Source: an uncultured Alphaproteobacteria bacterium (GTDB lineage: Bacteria > Pseudomonadota > Alphaproteobacteria > Rhizobiales > Afifellaceae). From it: a stretch of 64,000 nucleotides of DNA. A program made the position numbers and the translations under genes. Position 1 is the first letter of the stretch; each line of letters opens with the position of its first letter. The stretch is taken from assembly GCA_963801225.1 (NCBI GenBank), contig CAWDED010000001.1, positions 150,371-214,370 on the forward strand, written 5' to 3'. A model generated the notes under the pieces. That model ran no database searches. It saw only the letters and a program-made list of their open reading frames with translations, and was not told the DNA's origin. This document shows positions 36,862 to 47,059 of the stretch, piece by piece.

Positions 36862-37256
36862 AGGGCGGCGGCGCTACATAGATGCTAGGGATGCCGCGCG
36901 GTTTGCGCCGGAGGATCGGCCGAATGACCTGCCATTCTCCGTGAGGGCATAGAGCTTGGCTCAGAGCCCATTCTGGAGCTTGAGCCCATCGCATATCCTC
37001 CCCAAAGCGGACGTTCGCGCAGGCAACGCCGATGTCGCAGTTTGACCCAACCAGACTTTGATCTCTCGTGGGCGGCGCCCGACGGTCTGCAACGCGTTGC
37101 CTCCCGGCAGCACGGACGATTTGTGTCAAATGAAGCTCAAAATCCTTGCGTCGCGGCAGCGCGGCTTAACCACGCGCCGAATTGGGCGATACGCTTGACG
37201 TATCCTTAATGCCGACAAGAGAAGCATTCAAACTACATCCAATCGGACGGCGGTGA

Positions 37257-40163
37257 ATGCCTTTTTTCGATGCGACGACGAAACGGTTTGCGCTGAGGGT
37301 CGGCCTACCGGCGATCCTCATCTTGCTCGCGACCTTTGTGATCGTCGTCGTTTCCCTCCAGAAGATGGCCGGCGACGTCAATCATATTGAGAGCGAGCTG
37401 ACGGGAAGGTCGGCGACGGCTGCAGTCCAATCCGTTCTGCGGCACCTCGGGGAGACGAACAATGATTATGCCGAATGGGACGATGCTGTTCGCAATCTGT
37501 ATGGTGCGGTAAACAGGGATTGGGCCGCAGAGAACGTCGCCTCCTCGACGCTGTTCGACACGATCTATCTCATCGACGAAAGCGGCAATGAATTGCTCGC
37601 CTACCGGAACGGCGAGCCGGTGTCCACTACACCCGGTGAAGCGTTTGGCCCGTCGCTCACTTCAATGATTGCTGAGCTTCCGAAGGACGGCAAGACATAC
37701 GATGTGCAGACCGGGGTCGTGAGAGGCGCGTGGGGGCTTGCAGCCGTCGCCGCTGGTCCGGTTGTGCCCGCGTCGAAGAATTTCGAGAACCCGCCGGAAC
37801 GGTCCCGTTTTTTGGTGATGGGTAAGGCGTTCGACGCCGCCGCAGTCGAACGGGTGAGCGAGGATTTCGTCATCGATGGGCTTCGTCTCGTCGACCCGGT
37901 CGCCTCGGAGCCGCTCAAGGTCGACCTTGTCGACCCAAATGGGACGGTCGTCGGAGCGCTCGCTTGGTCCCCGGCTCAGCTCGGCAGTCAGGCCAGCGCG
38001 CGGGTCAGCCCCGCGGCTCTGGCGATGCTCCTGCTCGTCGGACTGACGATGGCTTTCCTCATGCTCTTCGCTTTGCGCGGATGGAAGGAGGTGAAGAAGG
38101 GCGAGCTCCGATTGGACGCTGCATTGAACAACATGTCGCACGGCCTCGCGATGCTCGATGCAGAGGGCAGGTTGATATTGTGCAATCCTCGCTATGCCGA
38201 AATTTTCGGGATGCCGCCCGACCAGATCCAGCCGGGCATGACCGTCGCGGAGCTATTGGCGCTCGTGGATTCACACTCGGGCGTCCAGGATCTGGACCCC
38301 GAGCGCACGTTTGCCCAGGTGGGGAAAATCGTCCGCCAAGCCGAGGGAGGAACCTTTGTCCAGAATTTTAGCGACGGCCGGAGCATTGCTGCCACCTATC
38401 GGCCGATGCGGGACGGCGGGATCGTCACGACCTTCGAGGACATCACCCAGAAGGTGGAGGCGGAACAGGCCCTTGCCGCCTCCGAGTCAAAACTTCAGGC
38501 CGCGCTGATGAACATGGCGCAGGGCCTCTTGATGTACGACCGAGACGGCAAGCTCGTCATTTCCAACAGACGGTATGCGGAATTGTTCAAGATCCCGTGG
38601 GAAGAATGGAAAGCGACCTGTTTGGGTACGACGATCCAAGAAGCAATGCAGTTTAACCAGAAATGGTCCAATGTAACGGAGAAAAATCCGACGCAACTCA
38701 ATGCTGAAATTCGAAGTCTGCTAGAGCGCGGCGAAGGTGGGCAGATTGTGTTCGAGCGCACCGACGGGAGAACATTCTCTTCATTGATCAAGCCAATAGC
38801 CAATAGCGGCTTTGTCGTAACGTTCGAGGACATCACTGACCGACGGCGAACCGAAGCGAAGATTTCGCACATGGCGCATCACGACGCGCTCACGGACTTG
38901 CTGAACCGCGTCGCGTTCTATGAGCAAATGGAAACGGTCCTCGGCCACTTGCGGCGCTCTGAGACCATGGCGGTTCTGAGTCTCGACCTCGATCATTTCA
39001 AGAGCGTCAACGATACGCTCGGACATCCCGTCGGGGACCTCCTGCTGCAGTCGGCGGCCGAACGCATGCGCAGTTGCGTCCGCGGCGAGGATATCGTGGC
39101 CCGATTGGGCGGCGACGAGTTCGCTATCGTGCAGGTGCCGTCGGCGCAGCCGTCGAGCATCGCCTCGCTCGCGACACGCCTTATCGACGTCATCGGAGCG
39201 CCCTACGATCTCGACGGCCACCAGGTGATCGTGGGAGTGAGCGTCGGCGTCACAGTCGCGCCGAGCGAAGGCACCGAGCCGGACGTTCTCATGAAGAACG
39301 CGGATATGGCGCTTTATCGTGCCAAGGCCGACGGCGGGGGCATCTACCGCTTTTTCGAAATCGGGATGGACGCGCGCATGCAGGCGCGCCGCATCCTCGA
39401 ATTGGACCTTCGCAAAGCGATCGTGAACGGCGAGTTCGAGCTCTTCTATCAGCCGATCGTCGACGTCAAGACCGGAGCAATCACCAGCTGCGAAGCGCTC
39501 GTCCGGTGGAATCACCCCGAACGCGGTGTGGTTGCGCCCATGGATTTCATTCCGGTCGCGGAAGAAACCGGCCTCATCGTGTCATTGGGTGAGTGGGTGC
39601 TGCGACAGGCCTGTGCCGAAGCGGCACGCTGGCCGAAGCAGGTGACCGTCGCGGTGAACATCTCACCGGCCCAGTTCAAGGGCCGCAACCTGGTGCCGAC
39701 CGTCATCAGTGCGCTTGCGACATCTGGTCTTTCGGCAGGCCGGCTGGAGCTGGAGATCACCGAATTGGTGCTCATGCAGGAGAATGAAGGAGCGATCGCG
39801 GTTCTTCATCAGCTCCGCGACCTCGGGATCAGAATCGCGATGGATGATTTTGGGACCGGCTATTCGTCGCTCGGCTATCTGCGCAGCTTCCCGTTCGACC
39901 GGATCAAGATCGATCAGTCCTTCATTCGCGATCTACCCGGGAAGGGGGACAGCCTTGCGATCGTCCGCGCCGTGGTCGGCTTGAGCAGCAGCCTGGGTAT
40001 CAAGACAACGGCCGAGGGCGTGGAAACAAAGGAACAGCTCGCCAGTTTAACCGCGGAGGGCTGCGGCGAATTCCAGGGCTTCCTATTCAGCCAACCTCGA
40101 CCGGCCGCGGAAGTCGAGCGCCTCCTGGGGGAAGGCGCTTCGCAGGCAGCCGCCGTGGCTTGA
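37257..40163 (+). CDS. CHASE4-PAS-PAS-GGDEF-EAL bifunctional diguanylate cyclase/phosphodiesterase
   Basis: Intact 968 aa. A TM segment, a periplasmic sensor domain and a second TM are followed by two PAS domains. The GGDEF site is RLGGDEFAIV and the EAL domain has CEALVRW and DDFGTGYSSLGYL. G+C is visibly lower than in neighbouring genes. Confidence 0.9.
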   Translation: MPFFDATTKRFALRVGLPAILILLATFVIVVVSLQKMAGDVNHIESELTGRSATAAVQSVLRHLGETNNDYAEWDDAVRNLYGAVNRDWAAENVASSTLFDTIYLIDESGNELLAYRNGEPVSTTPGEAFGPSLTSMIAELPKDGKTYDVQTGVVRGAWGLAAVAAGPVVPASKNFENPPERSRFLVMGKAFDAAAVERVSEDFVIDGLRLVDPVASEPLKVDLVDPNGTVVGALAWSPAQLGSQASARVSPAALAMLLLVGLTMAFLMLFALRGWKEVKKGELRLDAALNNMSHGLAMLDAEGRLILCNPRYAEIFGMPPDQIQPGMTVAELLALVDSHSGVQDLDPERTFAQVGKIVRQAEGGTFVQNFSDGRSIAATYRPMRDGGIVTTFEDITQKVEAEQALAASESKLQAALMNMAQGLLMYDRDGKLVISNRRYAELFKIPWEEWKATCLGTTIQEAMQFNQKWSNVTEKNPTQLNAEIRSLLERGEGGQIVFERTDGRTFSSLIKPIANSGFVVTFEDITDRRRTEAKISHMAHHDALTDLLNRVAFYEQMETVLGHLRRSETMAVLSLDLDHFKSVNDTLGHPVGDLLLQSAAERMRSCVRGEDIVARLGGDEFAIVQVPSAQPSSIASLATRLIDVIGAPYDLDGHQVIVGVSVGVTVAPSEGTEPDVLMKNADMALYRAKADGGGIYRFFEIGMDARMQARRILELDLRKAIVNGEFELFYQPIVDVKTGAITSCEALVRWNHPERGVVAPMDFIPVAEETGLIVSLGEWVLRQACAEAARWPKQVTVAVNISPAQFKGRNLVPTVISALATSGLSAGRLELEITELVLMQENEGAIAVLHQLRDLGIRIAMDDFGTGYSSLGYLRSFPFDRIKIDQSFIRDLPGKGDSLAIVRAVVGLSSSLGIKTTAEGVETKEQLASLTAEGCGEFQGFLFSQPRPAAEVERLLGEGASQAAAVA

Positions 40164-40448
40164 CCATCTCGACACACGGATGGGGCTTCGTGTTAACGGC
40201 CTACCGGAAAGTTGGGCGACTGCCATGCTTGGCTTGTTGTGCGGGGTAGGAGCCGAAGCCGAAGTAAAGTAACCGCGCCGTCGCCCCGGTCCACGACGCG
40301 TAGCGGGTTCGAGAGTGCCGCCGCAGGCGGGCCCAGAGCGGCGCCTGTCCGCTTCTGGCGCTTCTCGGACGTTCTAAGCCACTCGACGATGTCGCAAATA
40401 CACCCCGAGAGCGGACATGACGGCGATGACGATTAATAAGTAAGCGCC

Positions 40449-41471
40449 CTACTCCTTGTCCGAAACTCCCGCCTCTTCGAACGTTGCCATGCCGGTATGC
40501 GTGGCGACCGCCGCCTTCACGATGCCGGCGGCGAGCGCCGCGCCCGTCCCTTCGCCGAGGCGCATGCCGAGGTCGAGCAGCGGCTTCTTTCCCATACGCT
40601 GAAGCACGGAGGCGTGCGCGGCTTCCGCCGAGCAATGGGCGAAGAGGCAGTGGTCGACTGCGTCCGGCCGCGCCGCATGCAGGATCGCCGCGGCGGCCGT
40701 GGTGACGAAGCCGTCGACGATGACCGGCACGCGCTCGCTGCGCGCCGCCAGGATGGCGCCGACCATCGAAGCGATCTCGCGCCCGCCGACGCGGCGAAGC
40801 ACCTCCAGCGGCTCGCAGCCGCTGCCGATGCGTTTCACCGCCGCGGCGACCGCATCCGCCTTGCGCTGCAGCCCCGCGTCGTCGACGCCGGTGCCGCGCC
40901 CCACCCAGTCGGCGGCCTCGCCGCCATAGAGCGCGTGATAGACCGCCGCGGCGACCGTCGTGTTGGCGATGCCCATCTCGCCCAGACAGAGCAGATCGAC
41001 GCCGCCGGCCACCGCCTCCATGCCGTAGGCGATGGTCGCGGCGCAGGCCTTCTCGTCGAACGCATCGGCCTCGACGATGTCCGGCGTCGGCTGGTCGAGC
41101 GCCAGCTCGAACACTTTCAGGCCGAGGCCATTGGCGTTGCAGATCTGGTTGATCGCCGCGCCGCCGGCGGCGAAGTTCGCCACCATCTGCCGCGTCACCG
41201 CCTGCGGAAAGGCCGAGACGCCGCGTTCGGCGATTCCGTGATTGGCGGCGAAGACGGCGACCAGCGGGCGCGTGACGGCGGGCATCGCCTTGCCCTGCCA
41301 GGCCGCCATCCAGATGGCGATCTCCTCCAGCCGCCCGAGGCTGCCCGGCGGCTTGGTCAGCACCGCCTGCCGTGCCGCCGCAGCGGCCGCCGCGGCCTCG
41401 TCCGGACCGGAAAGGTTGGCGAGCAGTCGCCTGATATCGTCGAAGGGCAGACCGGTCTCGGCTGGGGGCAT
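40449..41471 (-). CDS. cobT: nicotinate-nucleotide--dimethylbenzimidazole phosphoribosyltransferase
   Basis: Starts at ATG 41471: MPPAETGLPFDD...LTKPPGSLGRLEEIA...VFAANHGIAERGVSAFPQAVT...GEMGIANTT...LGMRLGEGTGAALA. This CobT naming is unrelated to the chelatase CobT at 1-568. Confidence 0.9.
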   Translation of the reverse strand: MPPAETGLPFDDIRRLLANLSGPDEAAAAAAAARQAVLTKPPGSLGRLEEIAIWMAAWQGKAMPAVTRPLVAVFAANHGIAERGVSAFPQAVTRQMVANFAAGGAAINQICNANGLGLKVFELALDQPTPDIVEADAFDEKACAATIAYGMEAVAGGVDLLCLGEMGIANTTVAAAVYHALYGGEAADWVGRGTGVDDAGLQRKADAVAAAVKRIGSGCEPLEVLRRVGGREIASMVGAILAARSERVPVIVDGFVTTAAAAILHAARPDAVDHCLFAHCSAEAAHASVLQRMGKKPLLDLGMRLGEGTGAALAAGIVKAAVATHTGMATFEEAGVSDKE

Positions 41472-41572
41472 TGCATCAATCTCCAAAGGCAGCAATTTCG
41501 GCGGGGGCGACTCGCGAGCCCGGCTTCTCGCGAGCGGGCCGGCGGGTTTATAAAGCCTGAGCCGCGACGGCA

Positions 41573-42407
41573 ATGGCCTCAATGCGCCATCCACGGCGAA
41601 AGGAGCGCATTCCGTTGGACGATTTTGCCGCCCGCCTCCGCCGCCTCCCTGCCGACACGCTGACGGCGCTCGCCTTCTTCTCCCGCCTGCCGGTGCCGCA
41701 AATCTCGCCTGGCTTCGACCTGAAGACGAGCGCGGCGGGATGGCCTGTCGCAGGGCTTGTGCTGGCGCTGGGGCCGGCGCTCGTGCTGCTGGTTGCGCGC
41801 GCCGCCGGCTTCCCGTCGCTCATCGCCGCGGCGCTGGCGCTGGCGCTCCTCACCGCGCTGACCGGCGCCATGCACGAGGACGGGCTCGCCGACACCTTCG
41901 ACGGCTTCGGCGGCGGCGCGACGCGGCTCGACAAGCTCGCCATCATGCACGACAGCCGGCTCGGCGCCTTTGGCGCGCTGGCGCTCATCTTCACCGTCGT
42001 CATCAGGCTCGCGGGCCTGTCGGCCGTCGCGCATGCACGCCGGCGCCGGGGCGCTGGCGCTGCTTGGCGTGGCGGTCGCGTCGCGCGCGCTGGCGCTCTG
42101 GCACTGGAACGCCACGCCGCCCGCCCGCACCAACGGCATGGCGCACGCCGCCGGCCGGCCGGACCGGCCGGCGCTCGCCGTGGGCCTCGCCGTGGGCGCC
42201 GTCGCCGCTTTCGTGCTCCTCGTCGGCTTCGGCATGGCGGCGCTGATTGCGCTCCTCATGGCCGCCGCCGCCACCGGCCTGTTGTCGCAGCTGGTCCGCC
42301 AGCAGATCGGCGGCCACACCGGCGACACCATCGGCGCCGCCCAGCAAATCGCCGAAACCCTCCTCTTCGCCGGGCTCGCCATCGGCGCCCCTTCCATCGC
42401 CGGCTGA
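41573..42407 (+). CDS. cobS: adenosylcobinamide-GDP ribazoletransferase (cobalamin synthase) CobS; one frameshift as assembled
   Basis: FFSRLPVP...TGAMHEDGLADTFDGFGGG...LGAFGALALIF continues as HAGAGALALLGVAVASRAL...QQIGGHTGDTIGAAQQIAE after an extra base at ~42030. It is divergent from cobT. Confidence 0.85.
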
Positions 42408-42426
42408 GAATCCCCAAATTATCGGC

Positions 42427-43095
42427 ATGTTCGGCCTCGGCAACGACGCCACGATGCGTCTCCTCTATCTGGTCCTGCTCCTGGTGTTTCTGGTCGGCAC
42501 CGGGTGGGGCTGGCGCAGAGGGCGCCCGAGGGCCCCCGGCAGCGCCTCCGGCGGTGGCTCACGCTCGGGCGCAGTGTTCTTCCGCCACCTTGCTGTGTGG
42601 GTCCTGATCGGGCTGGCGCTGGTCGCGGCCTACGCCTATCGCGCGCCGCTCATACGGCTCGCGCAGCCGGTGCTGCAGGCGCTCGACCCAAGCCGCGTCG
42701 TGGAAGTGACGAGCGCCGACGGCACGGCCGAGCTGGCGATCGCGCGCAGCGGCGACGGACACTTCCATATCGATGCCAAGGCCAACGGCACGCCGGTGAA
42801 CTTCCTGGTCGACACCGGCGCCAGCACGACCGTGCTGACGCTGCGCGACGCGGAACGGGCCGGCATCAACACGGCCGCGCTGCAGTTCGATCGGCCGGTG
42901 ACGACCGCAAACGGCATCGCCATGTTCGCCAGCGCCACCCTCGACAGCCTCGAGATCGGCCCCTACCGGCTCTCCAACCTGCGCATCGGCGTCATGCCGG
43001 AGGACGCGCTCGAGACGAGCCTGCTCGGCATGAACACCATCAACCGCTTCGCCGGCTGGCGCGTGGAAGGTGATCGCATGATGCTGGTGCCGTAG
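42427..43095 (+). CDS. membrane-anchored retropepsin-like (clan AA, TIGR02281-type) aspartic protease
   Basis: N-terminal TM segment, then GHFHIDAKANGTPVNFLVDTGASTTVLTLRDAERAG (active site DTGA) and LLGMNTINRF. Confidence 0.7.
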   Translation: MFGLGNDATMRLLYLVLLLVFLVGTGWGWRRGRPRAPGSASGGGSRSGAVFFRHLAVWVLIGLALVAAYAYRAPLIRLAQPVLQALDPSRVVEVTSADGTAELAIARSGDGHFHIDAKANGTPVNFLVDTGASTTVLTLRDAERAGINTAALQFDRPVTTANGIAMFASATLDSLEIGPYRLSNLRIGVMPEDALETSLLGMNTINRFAGWRVEGDRMMLVP

Positions 43096-43114
43096 TAGAC
43101 GCGCGGGTCGGCGA

Positions 43115-43936
43115 CTACAGCAGGCTCCAGAAGAAGCGGATCGACATCACCAGCAGGAAGAGGCCGAAGCTCATTTCGAGCTGCCGCTTGGAAGCGGCGT
43201 GCGCGATCCTCACCCCGATGGGGGCCATGAAGAGGCTGAGCGGCATGATGATGGCGACGGCAAGCAGGTTGACGTAGCCGAGCGACAGCGGCGGCAGGTC
43301 TGCCGCGCCCCAGCCTGCCAACACGTAGCCGAGCGTGCCGGGTATGGCGATCAGCACGCCGACCCCGGCGGACGTCGCCACCGCCTGATGGATCGAGCGC
43401 CCGTAGGCCGTCATGAAGGTGTTGGCCATGACGCCGCCGCCGATCCCCATCAGCGTCGACAAGAGGCCGATGACGAAGCCCGCCGCCCACCGCGCCGGCC
43501 CGGTCGGGACATCGCCGGGGAGCCGCCAGGAGTCGCGGTTGAACAGCATGCGTATGGCGATGAGAAGAGCGATCACCGCGAAGATCGCGCGCATCGCGGC
43601 GCCGCTCACCAGGGCCGCGATGAACGAGGCGACCACGACACCGGCCGGCACCGCGATCACCCAGCTTTTTAGGATCTCCATGTCGACGGCGCCGCGCGCC
43701 CGGTGCGCCTGGAAGGAGCGGATCGAGGTCGGGATGATGAAGGCAAGCGCGCTGCCGACCGCCACGTGCATGGTCACGCTCGACGAAAAGCCGAGCACCT
43801 CCAGCGCCTGGTAGAGCACCGGCACGATGATGCCGCCGCCGCCAATGCCGAAAACGCCGGCGAGCAGCCCCGCCACCACCCCCGTGACAGCAAGGGCGAC
43901 GGCAAGGCTGATCAGCTCGGTGAGGGAGGCGTGCAT
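43115..43936 (-). CDS. sulfite exporter TauE/SafE family protein
   Basis: Intact 273 aa, 7-8 TM, with duplicated GIGGG motifs (VFGIGGGGIIVPVL and LMGIGGGVM). Confidence 0.85.
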   Translation of the reverse strand: MHASLTELISLAVALAVTGVVAGLLAGVFGIGGGGIIVPVLYQALEVLGFSSSVTMHVAVGSALAFIIPTSIRSFQAHRARGAVDMEILKSWVIAVPAGVVVASFIAALVSGAAMRAIFAVIALLIAIRMLFNRDSWRLPGDVPTGPARWAAGFVIGLLSTLMGIGGGVMANTFMTAYGRSIHQAVATSAGVGVLIAIPGTLGYVLAGWGAADLPPLSLGYVNLLAVAIIMPLSLFMAPIGVRIAHAASKRQLEMSFGLFLLVMSIRFFWSLL

Positions 43937-44035
43937 GGGCTTGCGTCTCTTGTAGCCCGCATGGATGGGAGCGCAATGCGGGAACCAGGATAGCCGGGAT
44001 TACGCTGGTGCTTCATCCGGGCTACGGAGCAACGT

Positions 44036-45033
44036 TCAGGCTGCCACCTCGAGTGCGCCGGACCGCGTGACGGCGGCGAGCGCGCGGGCGATCACCTCCG
44101 GGCCGGCGCCCGGGCGCGTCCCCTCTTCCGTGAGGATGCGGCGCCAGCGGCGCGCGCCCGGCCGGCCCTGGAAGAGCCCTATCATGTGGCGGGTCACCGC
44201 CGACACCCTGCCGCCGGCTGCGCAATGCGCCTCCGCGTAGGGGATCATGCGCTCGGCCGCGGCCTCCGGCTCGACCGGAGCCTCGCCGCTTCCGAGCAGC
44301 CCGTCGACATGGGCGAGCAGCCCCGGGTTCTGATAGGCGGCGCGGCCGAGCATGACCCCGTCGGCCTTCTGCAAGATGCGCGACGACGGCGGGCGAGATC
44401 GCGGATGCCGCCATTGACGCCGACGAAGACATGCGGGAGCCGCGCCTTCAGCCGATAGACGCGGGCGTAGTCGAGCGGCGGCACGTCGCGGTTTTCCTTG
44501 GGCGACAATCCGGAAAGCCAGGCCTTGCGGGCGTGCACCCAGATCGCGTCGGCGCCGGCGGCGAGCACCGAGTCCGCCAGCGCGTCGAGCGCCTCCTCCG
44601 GGTCCTGCTCGTCGACGCCGATGCGGCACTTCACCGTCACCGGAACGTCGACCGCCTGCTTCATCGCCGCGACGCACGCGCCGACCAGCGCCGGCTCGCG
44701 CATGAGGCAGGCGCCGAACGTGCCGGACTGCACGCGGTCGGACGGGCAGCCGACATTGAGGTTGATCTCGTCATAACCGAACGCCGCACCGATCCGCGCC
44801 GCCTCGGCCAGCCGCGCCGGCTCCGACCCGCCGAGCTGCAGCGCCACGGGATGCTCCTCATCGCCAAAGCCGATGAGGCGCTCACGCTCGCCGCGGATCA
44901 CCGCCTCCGCCGTCACCATCTCCGTATAGAGCAGCGCCCGACGCGTCAGCCCGCGATGGAAGAACCGGCAGTGCCGGTCCGTCCAGTCCATCATAGGCGC
45001 CACGGCGATCGTATGTTGTTGATATAATTCCAT
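44036..45033 (-). CDS. dusA: tRNA-dihydrouridine(20/20a) synthase DusA; two frameshifts as assembled
   Basis: VAPMMDWTDRHCRFFHR, INLNVGCP, VTVKCRIG and NGGI are followed by AVVAHL, then QKADGVMLGRAAYQNPGLL... in successive frames. One-nt insertions lie at ~44392 and ~44373. The first ~9 codons are AT-rich. Confidence 0.9.
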
Positions 45034-45145
45034 TTTTTCAGTAGCATCAAATCGTTAGGTCGGGTCGTGTGCACTCGTTTCTACGCCATGACGCGACGCT
45101 TTTCGCCCCGGTTCGACGCCTGGGTGCACACGGAGCGCACATGTC

Positions 45146-45743
45146 GTGGCCACCTTCACGCGGCTCAAGTCTGGTTCCTGGCGAGTCCAGGTGCGGCGTA
45201 AGGGGAAATATGTCAACGACACGTTCCGTCGCCGCAAGGACGCGGAGGAATGGGCTCTCGAGATAGAGCGTCGAATTGACCGCGGCGAGCCTGCTCTCCC
45301 CTGCGGCGGTCGCGACGCTCATCGCCTTTTCCGACGAGCCCCAGACGCGTCAAAGCGATCCGCGCCTGCGAGACAGGTTCAGTCGCCCGGTGAAGCAGAT
45401 GCTTCTCATCCGTGATCGAAAGGACCCACGAAGAAAGAGCGGAAACAACCAGCGCATACCGCTGTTGGATGTAAGCGGCTACGACGCGTCGGAAATCATT
45501 CGCGAGCAAGGCGAACTGGCAAAGCAGCTCATAGGACGGATATTTCCTTACAACGGTCGCTCCGTCGGTACTGCTTTTCGGCGAGCATGTCGTGCGCTGC
45601 GAATTGATGATCTTCATTTCCACGATCTTCGTCATGAAGGCACGAGCCGCTTGTTTGAGGCCGGCTTTTCAATTGAGCAAGTCGCACTGGTTACAGGTCA
45701 TAGAGATTGGAAGATGCTCCGCCGGTACACGCATTTGCGCGCT
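45146..45743 (+). pseudogene. tyrosine recombinase/integrase remnant (internal deletions, frameshift, 3' truncation)
   Basis: The N-terminus (GTG start) ATFTRLKSGSWRVQVRRKGKYVNDTFRRRKDAEEWALEIERRIDRGEP is in one frame. The catalytic C-terminus LLIRDRKDPRRKSGNNQRIPLL...LHFHDLRHEGTSRLFEAGFSIEQVALVTGHRDWKMLRRYTHLR is in another. At ~200 codons it is too short for an integrase of this type, and most of the core-binding region and the first catalytic Arg are missing. Confidence 0.75.
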
Positions 45744-45930
45744 CCATGTCGCGAATGGCAACGAGTGTCGCGTCATTCTGGGCTTCCTCGAGCACGTCCT
45801 CATCGGGCCGCCAAATTTCCCTGCGCCGAATGCGCGGCACATTCTGCCCCATGAGAACGGAGCGGTTGACCAGCCAATCAGGCTGCGGATAGCTCCCCAC
45901 GACCGTTGTCGGTAAGATGGGTAGATCCAT
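45691..45930 (-). pseudogene. N-terminal fragment of a cobalamin-independent methionine synthase (MetE C-terminal-domain-like) family gene
   Basis: GGAGGA RBS. MDLPILPTTVVGSYPQPDWLVNRS...LEEAQNDATLVAIRDMERA matches the family N-terminus for ~62 aa. Similarity is lost at ~45744, where it meets the integrase remnant head-on. Confidence 0.6.
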
Positions 45931-45988
45931 CTTGTTCCTCCGGCTCTGATCCCGCGTACGAACGACCGGCGTCTTCTATGCTTTGGCG

Positions 45989-47059
45989 TCAGAGCGCTTC
46001 GACGATCGCGCCGCCACAGCTCACCGTATCCGCGCTGCCACCCATATCGCGGGTTCTCAGGTCAGGGCGCTCGAGCACGTTTTCTATGGCATTGACGATG
46101 GCCGCGGCTGCCTCTGGATGCCCGAGATGGTCGAGCATCATCGCACCGGCCCAGATCTGCCCGACGGGATTGGCAATTCCCTGCCCGGCAATGTCGGGCG
46201 CAGAGCCGTGCACGGGTTCGAACAATGAGGGAAAGCGGCGTTCGGGATTGATGTTGCCCGAAGGTGCGATGCCGATCGTGCCGGTGCAGGCGGGCCCCAA
46301 ATCGGAGAGAATGTCGCCAAACAGATTCGAGGCGACCACGACATCGAAGACGTCGGGCCGCTGAACGAAATGCGCGCACAGGATGTCGATATGGAATTGA
46401 TCGACACGCACGCCGGGATAGTCCTTCTGCATCTCGTTCACCCGCTCGTCCCAGAACGGCATGGTGATGGATATCCCGTTGGACTTGGTCGCCGACGTGA
46501 GATGGCGGGCCGGCCGCTTTTCCGCCAGCTCGAAGGCGTATCTGAGGATACGGTCGACGCCGATGCGGGTCATGATCGTTTCCTGCACGGCAAATTCGCG
46601 ATCTGTGCCGGCGAACATGCGGCCGCCCACCGACGAATATTCGCCCTCCGTGTTCTCGCGCACGACGTAGAAATCGATGTCGCCGGGTCTGCGGTTGGCG
46701 AGCGGCAAAGGGATGCCCGGCATCAGCCGCACCGGGCGGAGATTGACGTACTGATCGAAATCCCGGCGGAACCTGATCAGAGAGCCCCACAGCGAGATAT
46801 GATCGGGCACGCGTAGAGGATCACCGACCGCACCGAAGAAGATCGCGTCGTGACCGCCGATCTTCTCCTGCCAATCGTCGGGAAGCATTTGCCCGGTTTT
46901 TTCGTAGTAGTCGCAGGAAGCGAAGTCGAAGTCGTCGAACTCGTAGGAGATATCGAACTTGCGGGCCGCCGCTTCCAGGACGCGCACGCCTTCCGGCACC
47001 ACTTCCTTGCCGATGCCGTCCCCTTCGATCAGCGCAATCCTGAACGCGTTGCCTGCCAT
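45989..47059 (-). CDS. tartrate dehydrogenase/decarboxylase / D-malate dehydrogenase (isocitrate/isopropylmalate dehydrogenase family)
   Basis: 356 aa from ATG 47059: FRIALIEGDGIGKEVVPEG...NLRPVR...VRENTEGEY...NLFGDILSDLG...GSAPDIAGQGIANP. Confidence 0.85.
   Translation of the reverse strand: MAGNAFRIALIEGDGIGKEVVPEGVRVLEAAARKFDISYEFDDFDFASCDYYEKTGQMLPDDWQEKIGGHDAIFFGAVGDPLRVPDHISLWGSLIRFRRDFDQYVNLRPVRLMPGIPLPLANRRPGDIDFYVVRENTEGEYSSVGGRMFAGTDREFAVQETIMTRIGVDRILRYAFELAEKRPARHLTSATKSNGISITMPFWDERVNEMQKDYPGVRVDQFHIDILCAHFVQRPDVFDVVVASNLFGDILSDLGPACTGTIGIAPSGNINPERRFPSLFEPVHGSAPDIAGQGIANPVGQIWAGAMMLDHLGHPEAAAAIVNAIENVLERPDLRTRDMGGSADTVSCGGAIVEAL

Noticed and set aside
41472-41572. Cobalamin riboswitch in the cobT/cobS divergent spacer, or in 40164-40448
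   Set aside because: I could not find a B12-box-like conserved core or the expected multi-stem arrangement. The spacer is only ~100 nt and is shared by two promoters.
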